64,000 bases of DNA, taken from the NCBI RefSeq assembly GCF_048593235.1, contig NC_133617.1, positions 534,296,958 through 534,360,957 on the forward strand, in the 5' to 3' direction. Shown here piece after piece: positions 11,991 through 24,389 of the stretch. The DNA comes from Sminthopsis crassicaudata. Lineage: Eukaryota. Position 1 is the first letter of the stretch; the number at the start of each line of letters is the position of its first letter. The position numbers were made by a program, and so were the translations under genes. The notes under the pieces were generated by a model that saw nothing but the letters and a program-made list of their open reading frames with translations, ran no database searches and was not told the origin of the DNA.

Positions 11991-12394
11991 CGTATTCCAG
12001 GCCCAATGCTTCATGTTCTTCCTAATGAATGCATATATAGGGGATACCTCTTTTGATCTTCATATTTTTGAGGCAATTGGAACTATTTGTTTAGGATAAT
12101 GAGCCTTTGCTTCGTGTGATGGGAGTATGGAAACACCTATAATGTGTGATCTCATTTAGATGCAGCTTATCATTTATTTTATAGAAGCATACTTGCTTGC
12201 CTTTCACTTTCCCGGTAAAAGTTTTACATCTGTTAATGGTAGAAGTACTTACTTTATGCTGGGCAACATCACCAAATCTTAACTCTCCTAAGAATTTTAA
12301 TTCCATTTTGTTGTCCATTTTACTTTGTGTGTTTCATTCCCATCAGTGTAAGCTTATAGTAAAATTTTTCTATCTTGGATGGGTTTTAAACCAG

Positions 12395-12450
12395 GAATGG
12401 AAGCTTCAAGTTGTGACATGTAAAACTAGACTGTGTTTTGTTATGCAAAG
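12395..12450 (+). other. Exon-like segment ending in a consensus splice donor; host gene not identified
   Basis: CCAG at 12391-12394 (weak pyrimidine tract); ATGCAAAG|GTGAGT at 12443-12456; lies in a TE-free block; 85-codon ORF 12197..12454 runs up to the donor. Confidence 0.35.
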
Positions 12451-13299
12451 GTGAGTGGGAGGGAGACTATTTCATAGACAATAAATGTTTATTTCCAGTT
12501 CACTGATTGACAAGTTTCTATTCATTTTAAATTGCCCTTATTTTTTTTTTTCAGATTGAAAAGCTGTTCTATTCTGCCATTTGTACCATTCTAATTTTTG
12601 GTTTTGAATAAAATCTGCCAGGAAAACAAGTAGGCACAGCCACTCCTTGCATTTGAGTGCAGCTGGCAATTGGTCTAAACACATGTAAATTAAGGGACAT
12701 GATTATTTACATAAAAGGTGGGGTCAACTAGCCCTCTAATTGTATTTCCAAAGTTGTTTAAAGGAGCAAAGACTTATTTAAAGGTTTAAGAAGAGAAGAG
12801 AGAGAGAGCTAGGGGAAAAGAAATTGAGAAGACAAATTGTGACTGATAATGTAATTATTTTTATCATATTCCTGCTCTCTAGACATACCTTTCTCCATCT
12901 TTGAATGTCTTACAAGCTTTAAAAATTAATATATCAGCCTACAAGAATCACAGGATTTATAGCTGAAAGGAACCTTATATAGATCAACAGACCAAACTGC
13001 TCTTAAATTCCTAGAGAACTTTCTTGTTTATTGCTATTAACTTACTGGTAGCTTTTCTTTGCTTCTGGATTACATTTAGCTTCCTAGGGAACTGCTGTTT
13101 ATCTGGGGAGTGGGGAAGGAGAGAGGCATATTAGATGAATATGTTTTCTTTAAATTAAATGTTTATTTGAACTCTGAGATTCTAAATGACTCATTTCTCA
13201 GTTGTAGAATTGTGAGCAGGGCAGCCATGTATAAACAGAAGTTTGAGTGGATGGCATGATTTCTTGGAATTTAAAACTGAATTTCAATACCAAACTTTT

Positions 13300-13780
13300 T
13301 GTCTTGGCTGATACTAGAACTACTACATTTGGAATATCAACTACCAATGTGCTTTCGAGAATGTGGAATGGTACTAAATAAGTTAAAGAAAGGAAGAGCA
13401 GCTATGCCAGAACTGGTATGCAAAGAACAAATTTGTTCTGGAGGCAATATTATTTCAAAGGCATTAAGAGATTATCTTTCTAAAAGAGAGGCAAACTGCA
13501 TAATTGCGAAGCATCACTGACAGCAAATTTATCCAAAAGGAAAGGTGATCAGGAGGACATCAACAAATATTGGCCCATAGGCCGACTATCTTATCTCTAT
13601 GAAATTTTTATGAGAATGATTTGCATGGACATTTAGGGTAACCTTGATAAAAATATCAGAGCAGACAGGCTTTCACAATTTTCTATAACAGACTATCTCT
13701 TCATAGACCCACAACTGACTGAAAAGTATAGAGAAATGGCCCTTTATGCTTATTACTTGCTGATTAAAGGGGGGAAAGAG
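13300..13780 (+). mobile_element. RTE LINE fragment (RT N-terminal part)
   Basis: (K)GDQEDINKYWPIGRLSYLYEIFMRM...NLDKNI matches RTE KKGD..D..NYRPI.LLS.LYKIF....LDENI. Confidence 0.85.
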
Positions 13781-14089
13781 TCTTCCTTTGTAGAATAAAA
13801 TGTAGTTTTAAAGATATTTATTTAAGAAGGAACCTCCTATGTATATGCCATTATACAAAATTCTTTGATAGATATAGCCAAATAGATTTTTTTCACTAGT
13901 TCTCTGATTATTGACATCATCTAAGGCATAAAAAAGGGTAGATGTATGCTTGCTAAAGGTATTCACCTCTATAGTTAAAGAACAGAATAGGTGCAGATAT
14001 GCTAGGCAGAGTCCAAATGCAAAAGAAATTCCCTATAGATTCTGGATATCCTACCATTATCTTCTACCTCTCCCAAGCAAACTCACCCC

Positions 14090-14330
14090 TTTTCTGTATA
14101 CTCTAATTCCAACTAAAAGCACCATCTCATAAAGTCACTCAAGTCAGCAACCTTGGTGTTCTCCTCAACTCTTTATTCTCTCTCACTCCATGTAACCATT
14201 TAGTTGCCAAATCTCATCAGTTTGAATTCTATAACATTCTTGCATCCCTCCTCTTCTCTCAGCTCCCCTGATCATCACTCTAGTTCAAAGCCTCATTGCC
14301 TCTCACCTGGACTATTCTTACATCTTCATA
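14090..14330 (+). mobile_element. L2 fragment
   Basis: AACCTTGGTGTTCTCCTCAACTC...TTGCCAAATC...CCTCTCACCTGGACTATT, typical L2 sense sequence. Confidence 0.75.
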
Positions 14331-14559
14331 GCAGGCAGGTAGCATAATACCTTTCCTAAGAGGCTGTAATCAAGGCTCAAATGAGAAAGTATTTGTAAAG
14401 TGTAGCACTTAATAAATACTTCCCTCCTTCCTTTGTTTTAAATCAGTTCTTTATCAAGTACATATTTATACAGTTGTGACAGTGATTATATTAAAACCTG
14501 GGTTTGACTATGTCATTGCAAAAAGCCATTCTTTGCCTTAATTTCTACCTAGTTTGATT

Positions 14560-14822
14560 ACTAAATGAGTGCCCTCTCAGTCATACTGAGATCTGTTGAA
14601 GACCTTAGCTTAAAAAGACCAAAGTCTTCCATTGCATCCGGGGCTATCTCCAGTCTTCTTGATTTATAACTGTCTACTGAACCCAAACGGCTCTGGAGGG
14701 GGAAGTGAGGAAGGTGACCTTGCCCAGTTCTTCCTTGCTTAAATCCAATTCATCTGCATGTCATGGTATCACCTCCCTGATGTCATGGTCCTCTGTGAGA
14801 ATGAAGGACAAACAACAACAAC
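14560..14822 (+). mobile_element. RTE 3' end or RTE-derived SINE inserted in L2
   Basis: Ends GATGTCATGGTCCTCT..GAGAATGAAGGACAAACAACAACAA, the marsupial RTE 3' terminus. Confidence 0.8.
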
Positions 14823-15029
14823 CACTTATAAACCCCAATGGCTTCTTATTATATCTAAAGTTAAATAAATAATTTGATCTTTAAAGTCCTTCACTATCTG
14901 GCTTCAGCCTACATTTTCAGCCTTAAACAATTAATCCTCTTCATGTATCTATCTGACAGGGTTGTTGTTAGGATCAGACCCGATATTTTGGTAAAATATG
15001 CTCAGCACAGTGCTCAGCACATAGTAGTT

Positions 15030-16500
15030 GTAATTCAGTCATTTGATAAACATTTATTAAATGTCTACTGTGTACCAGGCAATATGCTAAGCCCTGGGGA
15101 TACAAAAAGAGCCCAAAGATAGTCCCTGCCCTCAAGGAGCTTCTTGTCTAATGGGCAAGATAATATGCAAACAAATATACACAAAGTAAACAGGATAAAT
15201 ATAAAACAGTTAAAATAAGGCATTGGAATTAAGAAGAGTTGAGGAAGGTTTCCTGTAAAAAGTGAGATTTTATTTGGGACTTAAAAGAAACCAGGGAGAT
15301 CAGTAGTAAGAGCTGACGAGATAGAGAATTTCAGGTAGCCAGGGAAAACTCACGGAGCTAAGAGATGGGTGTCTTATTTGTAGAATACAGCAGTCGGATG
15401 TCACTGAATCAGAGAATATGTGGCAGGAAATAAGGTATAAAAAGACTGAAAAAGTAGAAAAGAGGCTAGATTATGAAAAGGAATGAATGGAAACAACGCA
15501 TTTTGTATTTGTCCCTGGAGGCAATAGGAATCCATTGGGGAATATTGGGGGAGAATTCCAGACCTACATTTTAGGAAAATCACTTTAGTGTCTGAATGGA
15601 GAATGGATTGGATTGGGGAGACTTGGGGCTGGCAGACCCACTATAGCAGGCTATTGCAGTAATTGAGATATGAGATGGTGAGGTCCGCAACTGAGTGGTG
15701 TTAGTGTCAAAGAAGAGAAAGGGATATATTCAATAGATGTTGCAAAAGTGAAATAGATGGGTCTAAGCAGAGGGAAAATAGTAAAGGTAATAAGACAGTA
15801 AAGAATACAGGATGACTTCTAGCCTGTAAACCCGACAGACTGGGGGGAAGTTGTCCTCTACAGTAATAGAGAAGGGGGTGGTCGAGAAGGGATTGGGGGG
15901 GGGGGAGAGATAAGGAGTTCTCTTTTTGAACATATTTAGTTTAAGATGTCTACTGGAAATCCAGTTTGGGATGTGAAAGGCAGTACTCAAGGACAACAGA
16001 GACTGGGAAAGGAAAGCTAAATTTGAGAATTATCACCATAGAGATGATGATCACATCTATGCAAGGTGATGAGGCAACCAAGCAAAGTAGTATAGAGGGA
16101 GAAGGGAACAGGACCTAGGACAGAATCCTGAGAGACACTTGTGGTTACAAAGCATAATGGGAAGAGGATCTGGCAAAAGAGATAAGGAAGAAGTAAGATA
16201 AGTAGCAGGAATGCCAGGAGAAAAGGGTAAAGCCAGAGAGAAGATAGTATCAAGGAGGAGAGAGTGATTAACAGTGTCCCTGGCGGCAGAGGGTTGAGAA
16301 AATGCCTTATGGATTTGTTATTGGTAACTTTGGAGAAAGCAGTTATAGAGGGTTAAGAGAGTGAGAGGAGAGAAAATGCAAGCACCTTCTGTAGATAGCA
16401 TTTTGGAGGAGTTTAGCCACAAAGAACAGAGAAGAAGTAGTACAATAGTTAGCAGGAATGGAAGGATCAAATGAGGGTTATTCCCTTTCCTCATGTACTC
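15030..16500 (-). mobile_element. L2 LINE (3' end plus RT)
   Basis: ORF 16017..16253(-) VSQDSVLGPVPFSLYT..HHLYGDNSQI (cf. QGSVLGP..FSLYT..YHLYADDSQI); L2 3' end CATTCATTT/AAACATTTATT near 15035-15060. Confidence 0.9.
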
Positions 16501-16920
16501 AGCAGTTAATCTAATCAAACTGCGCTCTAGCTGCTCCTCACATAAGAAATTCTATCTTCCATCTCTTTGCACAGACTGTCACTCACATCTGGCATGCATT
16601 CCTTCATCATCTCTACCTCTTAGAATCCCTAGTCTCCTTTAAAACTCTTCTGAAGCTGTAACTTTTATACTTCTAAAGGCACTACCTTTATGATAGTACC
16701 AACACCCTCCCTCAGGCACAGAAGCCTCTCCTCTCAAAACTGCCTCATGTTTATTTTCTTCTGAACTTGTCATACATACTTAAATGTGCAAATGTTGTGT
16801 TTCAAAAGAATCTTAGCTCTTTAAGGACAAGAATTATTTCATTTTGGTTTTAGTGTTTATTCTTGGAACCTAGCAGTGTTTGGTAAATGGCAAATGCTGG
16901 ATAAGTACCTATCGATTGAA
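16500..16920 (+). mobile_element. L2 3' fragments
   Basis: CTGGCATGCATTCCTTC...AGCTCTTTAAGGACAAGAATT...TGGTAAATGGCAAATGCT, L2 tail pattern. Confidence 0.6.
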
Positions 16921-17954
16921 TGATGTTACTTTAATTACCATATAACTGTTGTGTTCCCCTTCCCCTTGTGTTGTGATTTTGGGGGAATATAGTAAGTTAG
17001 ACAAAGCATAGCCTGGGATGAAATCTCAGGCTTGAGATTGGAATGAAATGAGAGAGGATTCTGGGAAAAATAGGTCAGAATATTCCCAGGCTCTCCAAAT
17101 CTCCCCCACAAACAAGACAAAATAATGCCTCAGAATAAACATAAAGTGGGTAAAATCTAGATTTGGGTCAAAACATTGACCTTTGTGGGACATGGGAAAA
17201 GAACCAAAGAAAAATACCAGGGCCAAGGTTTTGCTTGTAATTACCTGCAGGCTAGTTCTGTTGAAACAGTGAGCAGCAGACCTGTGACTAGCTGGGTTAG
17301 GAGGTAGTATCAGATCCAGCCACTGGAATTTCCACCTTCCAGACAGTGTAGGAAGTCTCATTTCCGAGTTGGGGAAGATTGAGGGACTCTGCTGATAAGG
17401 AATGCTAGGCTTGGGTGTGCTGAGATGCAATACTGGGACAAGAAAGAACCATCACACTTGGTGGGTACAGAAGCAATTGGGTGGGGATGCTGCTGGGTGG
17501 GAATACTTACAGGAGAGCAGAGTTCTTGGTTTTGGTTACAGGCCAAAGGGGAGAACTGAAGAAGGAACTAAGGCCAGAGGCACTATCCTCAACACTCCAG
17601 GACTAGAGGTGATTACAATAAGCCAATATAAATAATAATAATAATATGAACAAGCAAGGGAGAAAGAATCCAACTATAGAAAGTTACTATGAAAATAGAG
17701 AATACAAGAGTTCATCTTCAGAGAAAATATGGAAAGTGAAAAAAGCCTCTCTTATCCCAAAGAGTAATGTCAAAAGGTCATCTGTTCAAAAAGAATTCAT
17801 AGAAGAACTCAAAAAGACTTTAAAAATCAAATGAGAGAGATTGAGGGGGAAAAAAGAACAATCCAAGAAAAACAAGAATATTATGAAAAGAAAGCAACTA
17901 GAAAATGAGATCCAGAATCTTAGGAAAGAAAATGATTCCTTGAAAATTAAAATT

Positions 17955-18600
17955 AGGGGAAGATTCTGGGAAGATAGTGGAGTAGGTTGGTAAATTTCAA
18001 GCTCTCTCGATTTTCCCCAAAATAGAACAAATTTATGCCTCAGGGCAAACATAGACAGGTTAAAAAAAAACAGGAAGACTTGGGGCAAAACAGGGGTCCT
18101 CCTGATACAACCCTACAAGATCTGAAGAAAGACCCCAGGTCAAGCAGGGATTAACCTGTCTGAAGTACAAACACCTCCAGGATCCATGTGGGGACCCCTT
18201 AGGCTAGCTGGATGTGGCTGGAGCCTCAGTAGGAACCATAAATACTTTTACCTCCCGACTGTTTGTGGAGTCTGGGTCTAAATCCAGGAGGACAGAATGA
18301 ACCTCCACTGATTGTGAATGGCAGGCCCAGTTGAGCTGCTAACACATAGTTCTGGGTGAGAAAGAACCAGCATCTGGTGAGTGCAGAAGCACTAGTCAGG
18401 AGCACTGTTGGCTGTGGGGACTTGCAGAAGGGTGGAGCTCTTGATTTGGGGTTCCTGGTCAGAGTAGAGAGCTGAAGAGAAGCATGAGGCATTATCCTCC
18501 CCCCCACACACAATTAGAGATGCTTACACTAATCTGTTATTTTAAAGAACTAATGGGCAAAGAAGAAAGAAGTTTACCATTTTTAGAGGAGGACAGTTTA

Positions 18601-18639
<39 letters not shown>

Positions 18640-20775
18640 TCTACCTTAAAGAGTAATGTGAAATGGCTCCCTGCCCAGAGAGAATTTACAGAAGAACTCA
18701 AAAAGGAATTCAAAAATCAAATGAGAAATATTGAGGAAAAACAAAAGAAAAATATCAAAACCATCCAAGAAAAACAAGATTATGAAAAAAAAGTTAATAA
18801 TTAGAAAAGGAGGTATAGAGTCTCAAAGATAACTCTTTGAAAATTAAAATTGGGCAAGGGGAAGCCAGTAAAGTTATGAGATTCCAAGAAATAACAAAAC
18901 AGATTATAAATAATGAGAAAATGGAATAGAATGTGAAACATCTCATAAGAAAAACAACTGATATGGAGAACAGATCAAGAAGAGAAAATATACTAACAAT
19001 TGGATTGCTAGAAAGTTGTGACCAGAAAGAGAACCTTGACATGATAATGCAGGAAATAATCCTTGAAAATTGTCCTGGAGTGGTAGAATATGAAGAGAAA
19101 GTAGAAATAGGAAAAAATCCACCAGTCACCAACTCAAAGAGATCCTGTATGGAAAACACATAGGAATATTATTGTTAAAATTTGAAATTCCCAGATCAAA
19201 GAGAAAATTTTGCAAGAAAAATAATTTCAAATACACTGGAGCAACGATTAGAATTGTACAAGACATATCAGCAGCTACAATAAAAGACTGCAGGTCTTGG
19301 AATCCTATCTACAGACAAGCAAAAAAACAAACAAACAAAAAAAAATTAGGCCTGCTGCCAAAATATATCCAGCAGAATTATCTATAATTTTCAATGAGAA
19401 AAAAAGAAAAATTCAATGAACTTGCAGATTTTCAAGACTTTCTATCAACCAAACCTGAACTTAATATAAAATTTAACATATAAGAGCCAATATCAAAGAG
19501 CAATTTTAAGAAATTCAACATGGACAAACTATTTAAATATGGACAAATTTTTTTGTGTTTTTTTTACACCAGAAATGTATAATTTATGTTTAAGATTTAT
19601 ATCAACAATAAGATAAGCTCAAAAGAAAGATTGGCAGAATAAAGGTAAAAGTAGTAATCATGTTATACAAATGAGGTGCAGAGGAAGAATAGACAGAGGC
19701 ATTAGAGGGGCGCTCATAGTTCTGAAAACCTACTCACATCATAAATGGGTTCAATACCAAATCAGTTTCATTTGTTCAATAATGAATATAACCAGCTACA
19801 ATGAAAGAATCTGGGAAATGAGTGTGAACCACTACATAGCATTTCCAATCCCTCTGTTTTTGTCCACTTGCATTTTTGATTTCCTTCACAGGTTAATTTT
19901 ACATTATTTCAAAGTCTGATTCTTCTTGTGCAGCAAAATAACTGTATGGATATGTGTACATATATTGTATTTAACATATACTTTAACATATTTAGCATGT
20001 ATTGGTCTACTTGCCATCTGAGGGAGGGAGTGGGAGGAAGGAGGGGAAAAGTTGGAACAGAAGGTTTTGCAAGGGTCAATGCTGAAAAAATTACCCATGC
20101 ATATATCTTGTAAATAAAAAGGTATAATAAAAAAATAAATAAATCTTGCCTTGAACACTTAAAAAAAAAGATATGGGTTCAATAGGCAATACTACATATA
20201 TAAAATAGAGGATATATCACCCTTCAAAATCTATAAAGAAATAAGAGAGATAGGTGAATGGGGAAGCAAAGAGTGAGGGAAGAAGACAAAGGAAGGATCC
20301 CTGGGTGGAGGGAGTAAGCCAAGTTATGGAGCAGAATTTAATGAAAGAGTCATCAGGGATAGGAAAGATATGTGTATCTGGGATATGTATGTGTGTATAT
20401 ACATTTACATATGTATATATAAATATATCCTTTCTTAACTATAGCCTGCTTGGGGTTGGAGGGATAGATAAAAGGGGATAAAAGAATAAAGTAAATAAGA
20501 TGCACAGCAGAGAATAAAAGAACAGTTTACAAGGAAGTAAAGAAAAGATGGATATTCATGAATATAATTTCTTCTACTTATATACATACTTTCTTAAATT
20601 GGTATTTATTGTCAAATATTTTGAGTCCTCCTTGTTCTGCTGGAACATGATAATATTCTCTTTTGTTTTGTATTGCTTTTCTGTTTTTCTTTTGATTTAT
20701 TCTGTTTCTTCAAATAAAATAAATTTTTGGAAAAAAACAATTTAACATTAAAATATTAATAAAAATATAAAAAAC
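17955..20775 (+). mobile_element. HAL1 copy B, complete 5' to 3', ORF1 only
   Basis: 5' end AGATTCTGGGAAGAT; ORF1 pieces (KNQMRNIEEK; MENRSRRENILTIGLLES; TGATIRIVQDISAAT); 3'UTR homologous to copy A; flanked by AAAATTAAAATT (17943-54) and AAAACTAGAATT (20776-87). Confidence 0.85.
19757..20172 (+). mobile_element. 5'-truncated L1 3' end nested in HAL1 B, with TSD
   Basis: L1 3'UTR with AATAAAAAGGTATAATAAAAAA tail; TSD ATGGGTTCAATA at 19745-19756 and 20173-20184. Confidence 0.9.
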
Positions 20776-20906
20776 AAAACTAGAATTGGACAAAGGGAAA
20801 TCAGAGAAGTTGTAAATCAAAAAATAATAAAACAAAATATAAAGAATAAAAAAATAGAGAACGTGAGACATCTCTTTAAAAAAAACTGATCTAGAGAACA
20901 GATCAT

Positions 20907-21142
20907 AACACTATTTCAAAGTCCGATTCTTTTTGTACAACAAAATAACTGTATGGACATGTATACATATATTGTATTTAATTTAGACTTTAACATATTT
21001 AACATGCATTGGTAAACCTGCCAACTGGGGAAGGGGTGGGGGAAGGAGTGGAAAAGTTGGAACAAATGATTTTGCAATTGTCAATGCTGAAAAATTGCCC
21101 ATGCACATATCTTGTAAATAAAAAGCTATAATAAAAAAAAAA
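20907..21142 (+). mobile_element. 5'-truncated L1 3' end nested in HAL1 A ORF1
   Basis: Same L1 3'UTR ending AAATAAAAAGCTATAATAAAAAAAAA; splits AGATCA|...|GAAGAGAAAA of ORF1. Confidence 0.9.
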
Positions 21143-21637
21143 AAGAAGAGAAAACATAAGAATAATCAACTTTGTGGCCAAAAATGTCATACCCAGAAAA
21201 GTTAAGCATAATCTTGGAAAAAAAAAAAAAGGAAATTCAGTGATTTGCCAGACTTTCAGGATTTTGCCGCAAAAAGACTTGAACTTAATAGAAAATTTTA
21301 CATATAAGATCCTAGAAAAATATAAGAAAAACATCAAAGACTAATTACAAAGGATTCAAAAAAGTAAAATTGTTTATGTTTTATATGTGGAAATATAAAT
21401 CACATTTCTAAGACTATCATTAGTAATTGGGTAGCATAAAAAAAAGATTTGGGTAGAGCTGAATATGACATAATTCTAAAAGGTAAAAACTGTAGGAAGA
21501 GGTAAAAAGAGTAATCATCATACAAGTGAGGTACAAAGAGGAAGAATTAACACTGCGGAATTTAATGGGGGAGGAGGGCTAATAGTTTTGAAGTTCTATT
21601 CATCAGGAATGGATTCAAGAGGAAACAAAGCATCTAA

Positions 21638-21656
21638 GTATCTATCTATCTATCTA

Positions 21657-21699
<43 letters not shown>

Positions 21700-21712
21700 G
21701 TCTATCTATCTA
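21638..21712. repeat. Compound (TCTA)n(TCTG)n microsatellite
   Basis: Seen directly. Confidence 0.95.
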
Positions 21713-22679
21713 AAGGGTTATAAAATTCAGAAAATTCTAAATTCAAAAAGAAATAAGAGGGTAAGGGGATAAGGAAGGGAAGAGGATAAGGAAAGGATTT
21801 TTAGAAGGTATCCTACTTACATTAGATCAAGGTTAAAGAGAGAACAACATATATGTTTAGAAGGGAATAAAAGTCTTCAAATTACAAAGAAATAAGAGGG
21901 TGAAAAAATAGGATGAGATGATATAGAAGAGTATGTAGATTAAATGGAATAAAATAAAGAGGGAACTTCATTATATATTTGGAAGGCTATAAAAGTCTTC
22001 AAAATTCAAATAGAAGAAAAGGACAAGGAGAAAGTGGAAAAAGGATTAAAGAGGGCATTCTTAGAGGAGAAGAAGGTTATGTAATAAAAGGGCAAGAGAG
22101 TGAGTAGAAATAAAGCAGAAAAGTCAAGAGGAATTGGAAATAAAAGATACACACAAACAAAATAATTTATTACATTAAAAAAGGTGGGATAATTATGATC
22201 TCAGACAAAGTTAAAGCTAAAATAGATTTCATCAAAAGAAAAAATGGGAAAAATACACTATAATGCCTGCCATATTAAGCAATATTGCCTTACAGTATTT
22301 AAAATAACTAGTCAGGATGAGTTGGTGGAGTTAGAAAAAATATGGAAACACTTGAACCTTTAGATGCTACCCACCTTTATAAAAACAGAGGAAAAACAAG
22401 TATAGTAAGATCTTAGATGCATAGGAATGTATATTTGTTTACATACATGTATATTTACATGTATGCATATGTGTTTGTATATGTATATATAAATACATAT
22501 GTGTGTGTGTATCTGTGCTTAATTATAAGCCTTCCTGCAGACATGGGAGTTGGGGGAGAAGAAGTGAAAAAAGAATAAAGTAAAAAGGGCACTGCAAAGA
22601 ACAACAACAAAAACCCTGTAAGGAAGCAAGAAAAGATGGACAGCCTTGACCGTAGTGGGTAATATTCATTATATAGAAA

Positions 22680-22683
<4 letters not shown>

Positions 22684-22730
<47 letters not shown>
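22684..22730. repeat. (TA)n microsatellite
   Basis: Seen directly. Confidence 0.95.
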
Positions 22731-22733
<3 letters not shown>

Positions 22734-24389
22734 GAATATATAGACTTTCTTGAAATGGAAATTTGTTGTTTTATATTTTGAATCTTCTCATTTTCTGCTG
22801 TGCTCATGGAATTTTTTTTTCTTTTCCTATTTTGTATTTGTTGAACAAATTTAAAAAAATAAATGGAACACTTGTAGTCTATTTTACAATTAAGAAAAGG
22901 ATATTTATTTAGCTGGGCAGAATCAACCAATCAATCTATCAATAAGGGCAGGACAGGACAGGATATTCACTATGAATACATCTGTTGAGCATGACTGGTC
23001 ATGTTGTTGGTCTGCTGGTTTGAAGCCTCGAAGTGAGGTGCAACCCCTGATTCTTTATGTGATGTTTTTTTCTAATCAGGTGATCAGGAAATCATGCCAA
23101 GCACTTAAGCTTTAAAATTCTTGAACTAGTCAATACTTTAATTGGTTTCAGTACCTCCAAAGGAAAAACTAGGCTAAGTAGTGTGTGATAGACTTAGGAA
23201 AAGGCCAGTCCAGGTTGTGTTGGACCACTGAAAACAAGTACCCCCCTCATCTTGCTGTCAAACTGATAATTGCTTTTTTGTAACTATATTTCCCATTGCA
23301 GAATGAAAGTGTAATTCCAGAGTTCAAGTCCAAAAGATGCTTAAGCATAGCTGAGTTTTTGTGCAGATTTTTTTTTTCTGTAATCTATAAGTATTGATCT
23401 GAGGCTTTCCTCCCAGTCAGGTAAACTTATTCATGCTGCTTCAAAGACAGACTTTTAAGAATGACTTTTTTTGGATCCTCCTGAGAGGAAATGGATGATT
23501 TCCATGTGCACTAGAGTTAGTTTATTTTTTGCAGAAGACGGCATCCATACTGGGCAAATTTTCTAAAATATCTCAGTGCTCCTTAGCTACCTGCTTGTTG
23601 GTGTTTGTATCACAAGAAATGCTAAAGATTTTCCCTGTCTCTGTTAAATCAAAGAACTGACAGATTCCTCCCCCTCTGGGAGAAGAGACTGCAATAACTG
23701 AAGGTAGGCAGGTAACAATGGAGACATCAGTAATATCATCAAGGAAAGAGTAGCAAAAGAAGACTCCAGCTCATTAGAGAAAGCAGTTATCCAAAAACAT
23801 CACTTTAGGACACTGGCAAATCTTTAGTTTTGGATGTATGAGTTCGCTTGGCCTTGCATATATCCTGATCCTATCTGTTCTTTATGTATGTGATTCTACA
23901 TACATATGCGTTCCTTGGTCATAACATCTTTTCATTTGTTCTTTCTCAAACTTTTCAACCTATGTGAAGGGAAATCTTTCTATTCATTTAAATTACCAGC
24001 CTGTTAAATTCAATTTAATTAAAATGCAGATCATCTAAAACTTAAGAAATGAAAAATCTTTATTTCCAATTCGCAGATATTTGTGAATTTCAGGCTTCTG
24101 TCCTGCAGACCTTCCACAGCCTGTGTACTGTTGTGGCTTCCTTTCTCTCCCTCTTACTTGTTGGGCCTCCCCTCTCTAAGCTTCTACCTGGGCTCTCAGT
24201 ATGTTCACCTAAGTTTGAACTGGCTTTCCTTGCAGAATGTCTCTTGAAGAACTTCTGGCTTCTCAGTGTGGTTTTGTATAGTTTTGGACTGAATGAGGAA
24301 GTTTGTTAATGTTTGTCTTTAGATTTCTTGATCATTATTCAAGATATTTCTTTGTGATTTCATTAGCTGAAAATGAAATGAAAGGATAT

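Larger units (their letters stand above)
17053..22865 (+). mobile_element. HAL1 (half-L1) copy A, interrupted by copy B and an L1 3' fragment
   Basis: 5' end GGATTCTGGGAA at ~17056; ORF1 start MNKQGRKNPTIESYYENRE (17646); ORF1 resumes at ~20788; ORF2 endonuclease vestige IMISDKVKAKIDFIKR at ~22190-22240; no RT; A-rich 3' end ~22855. Confidence 0.8.
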
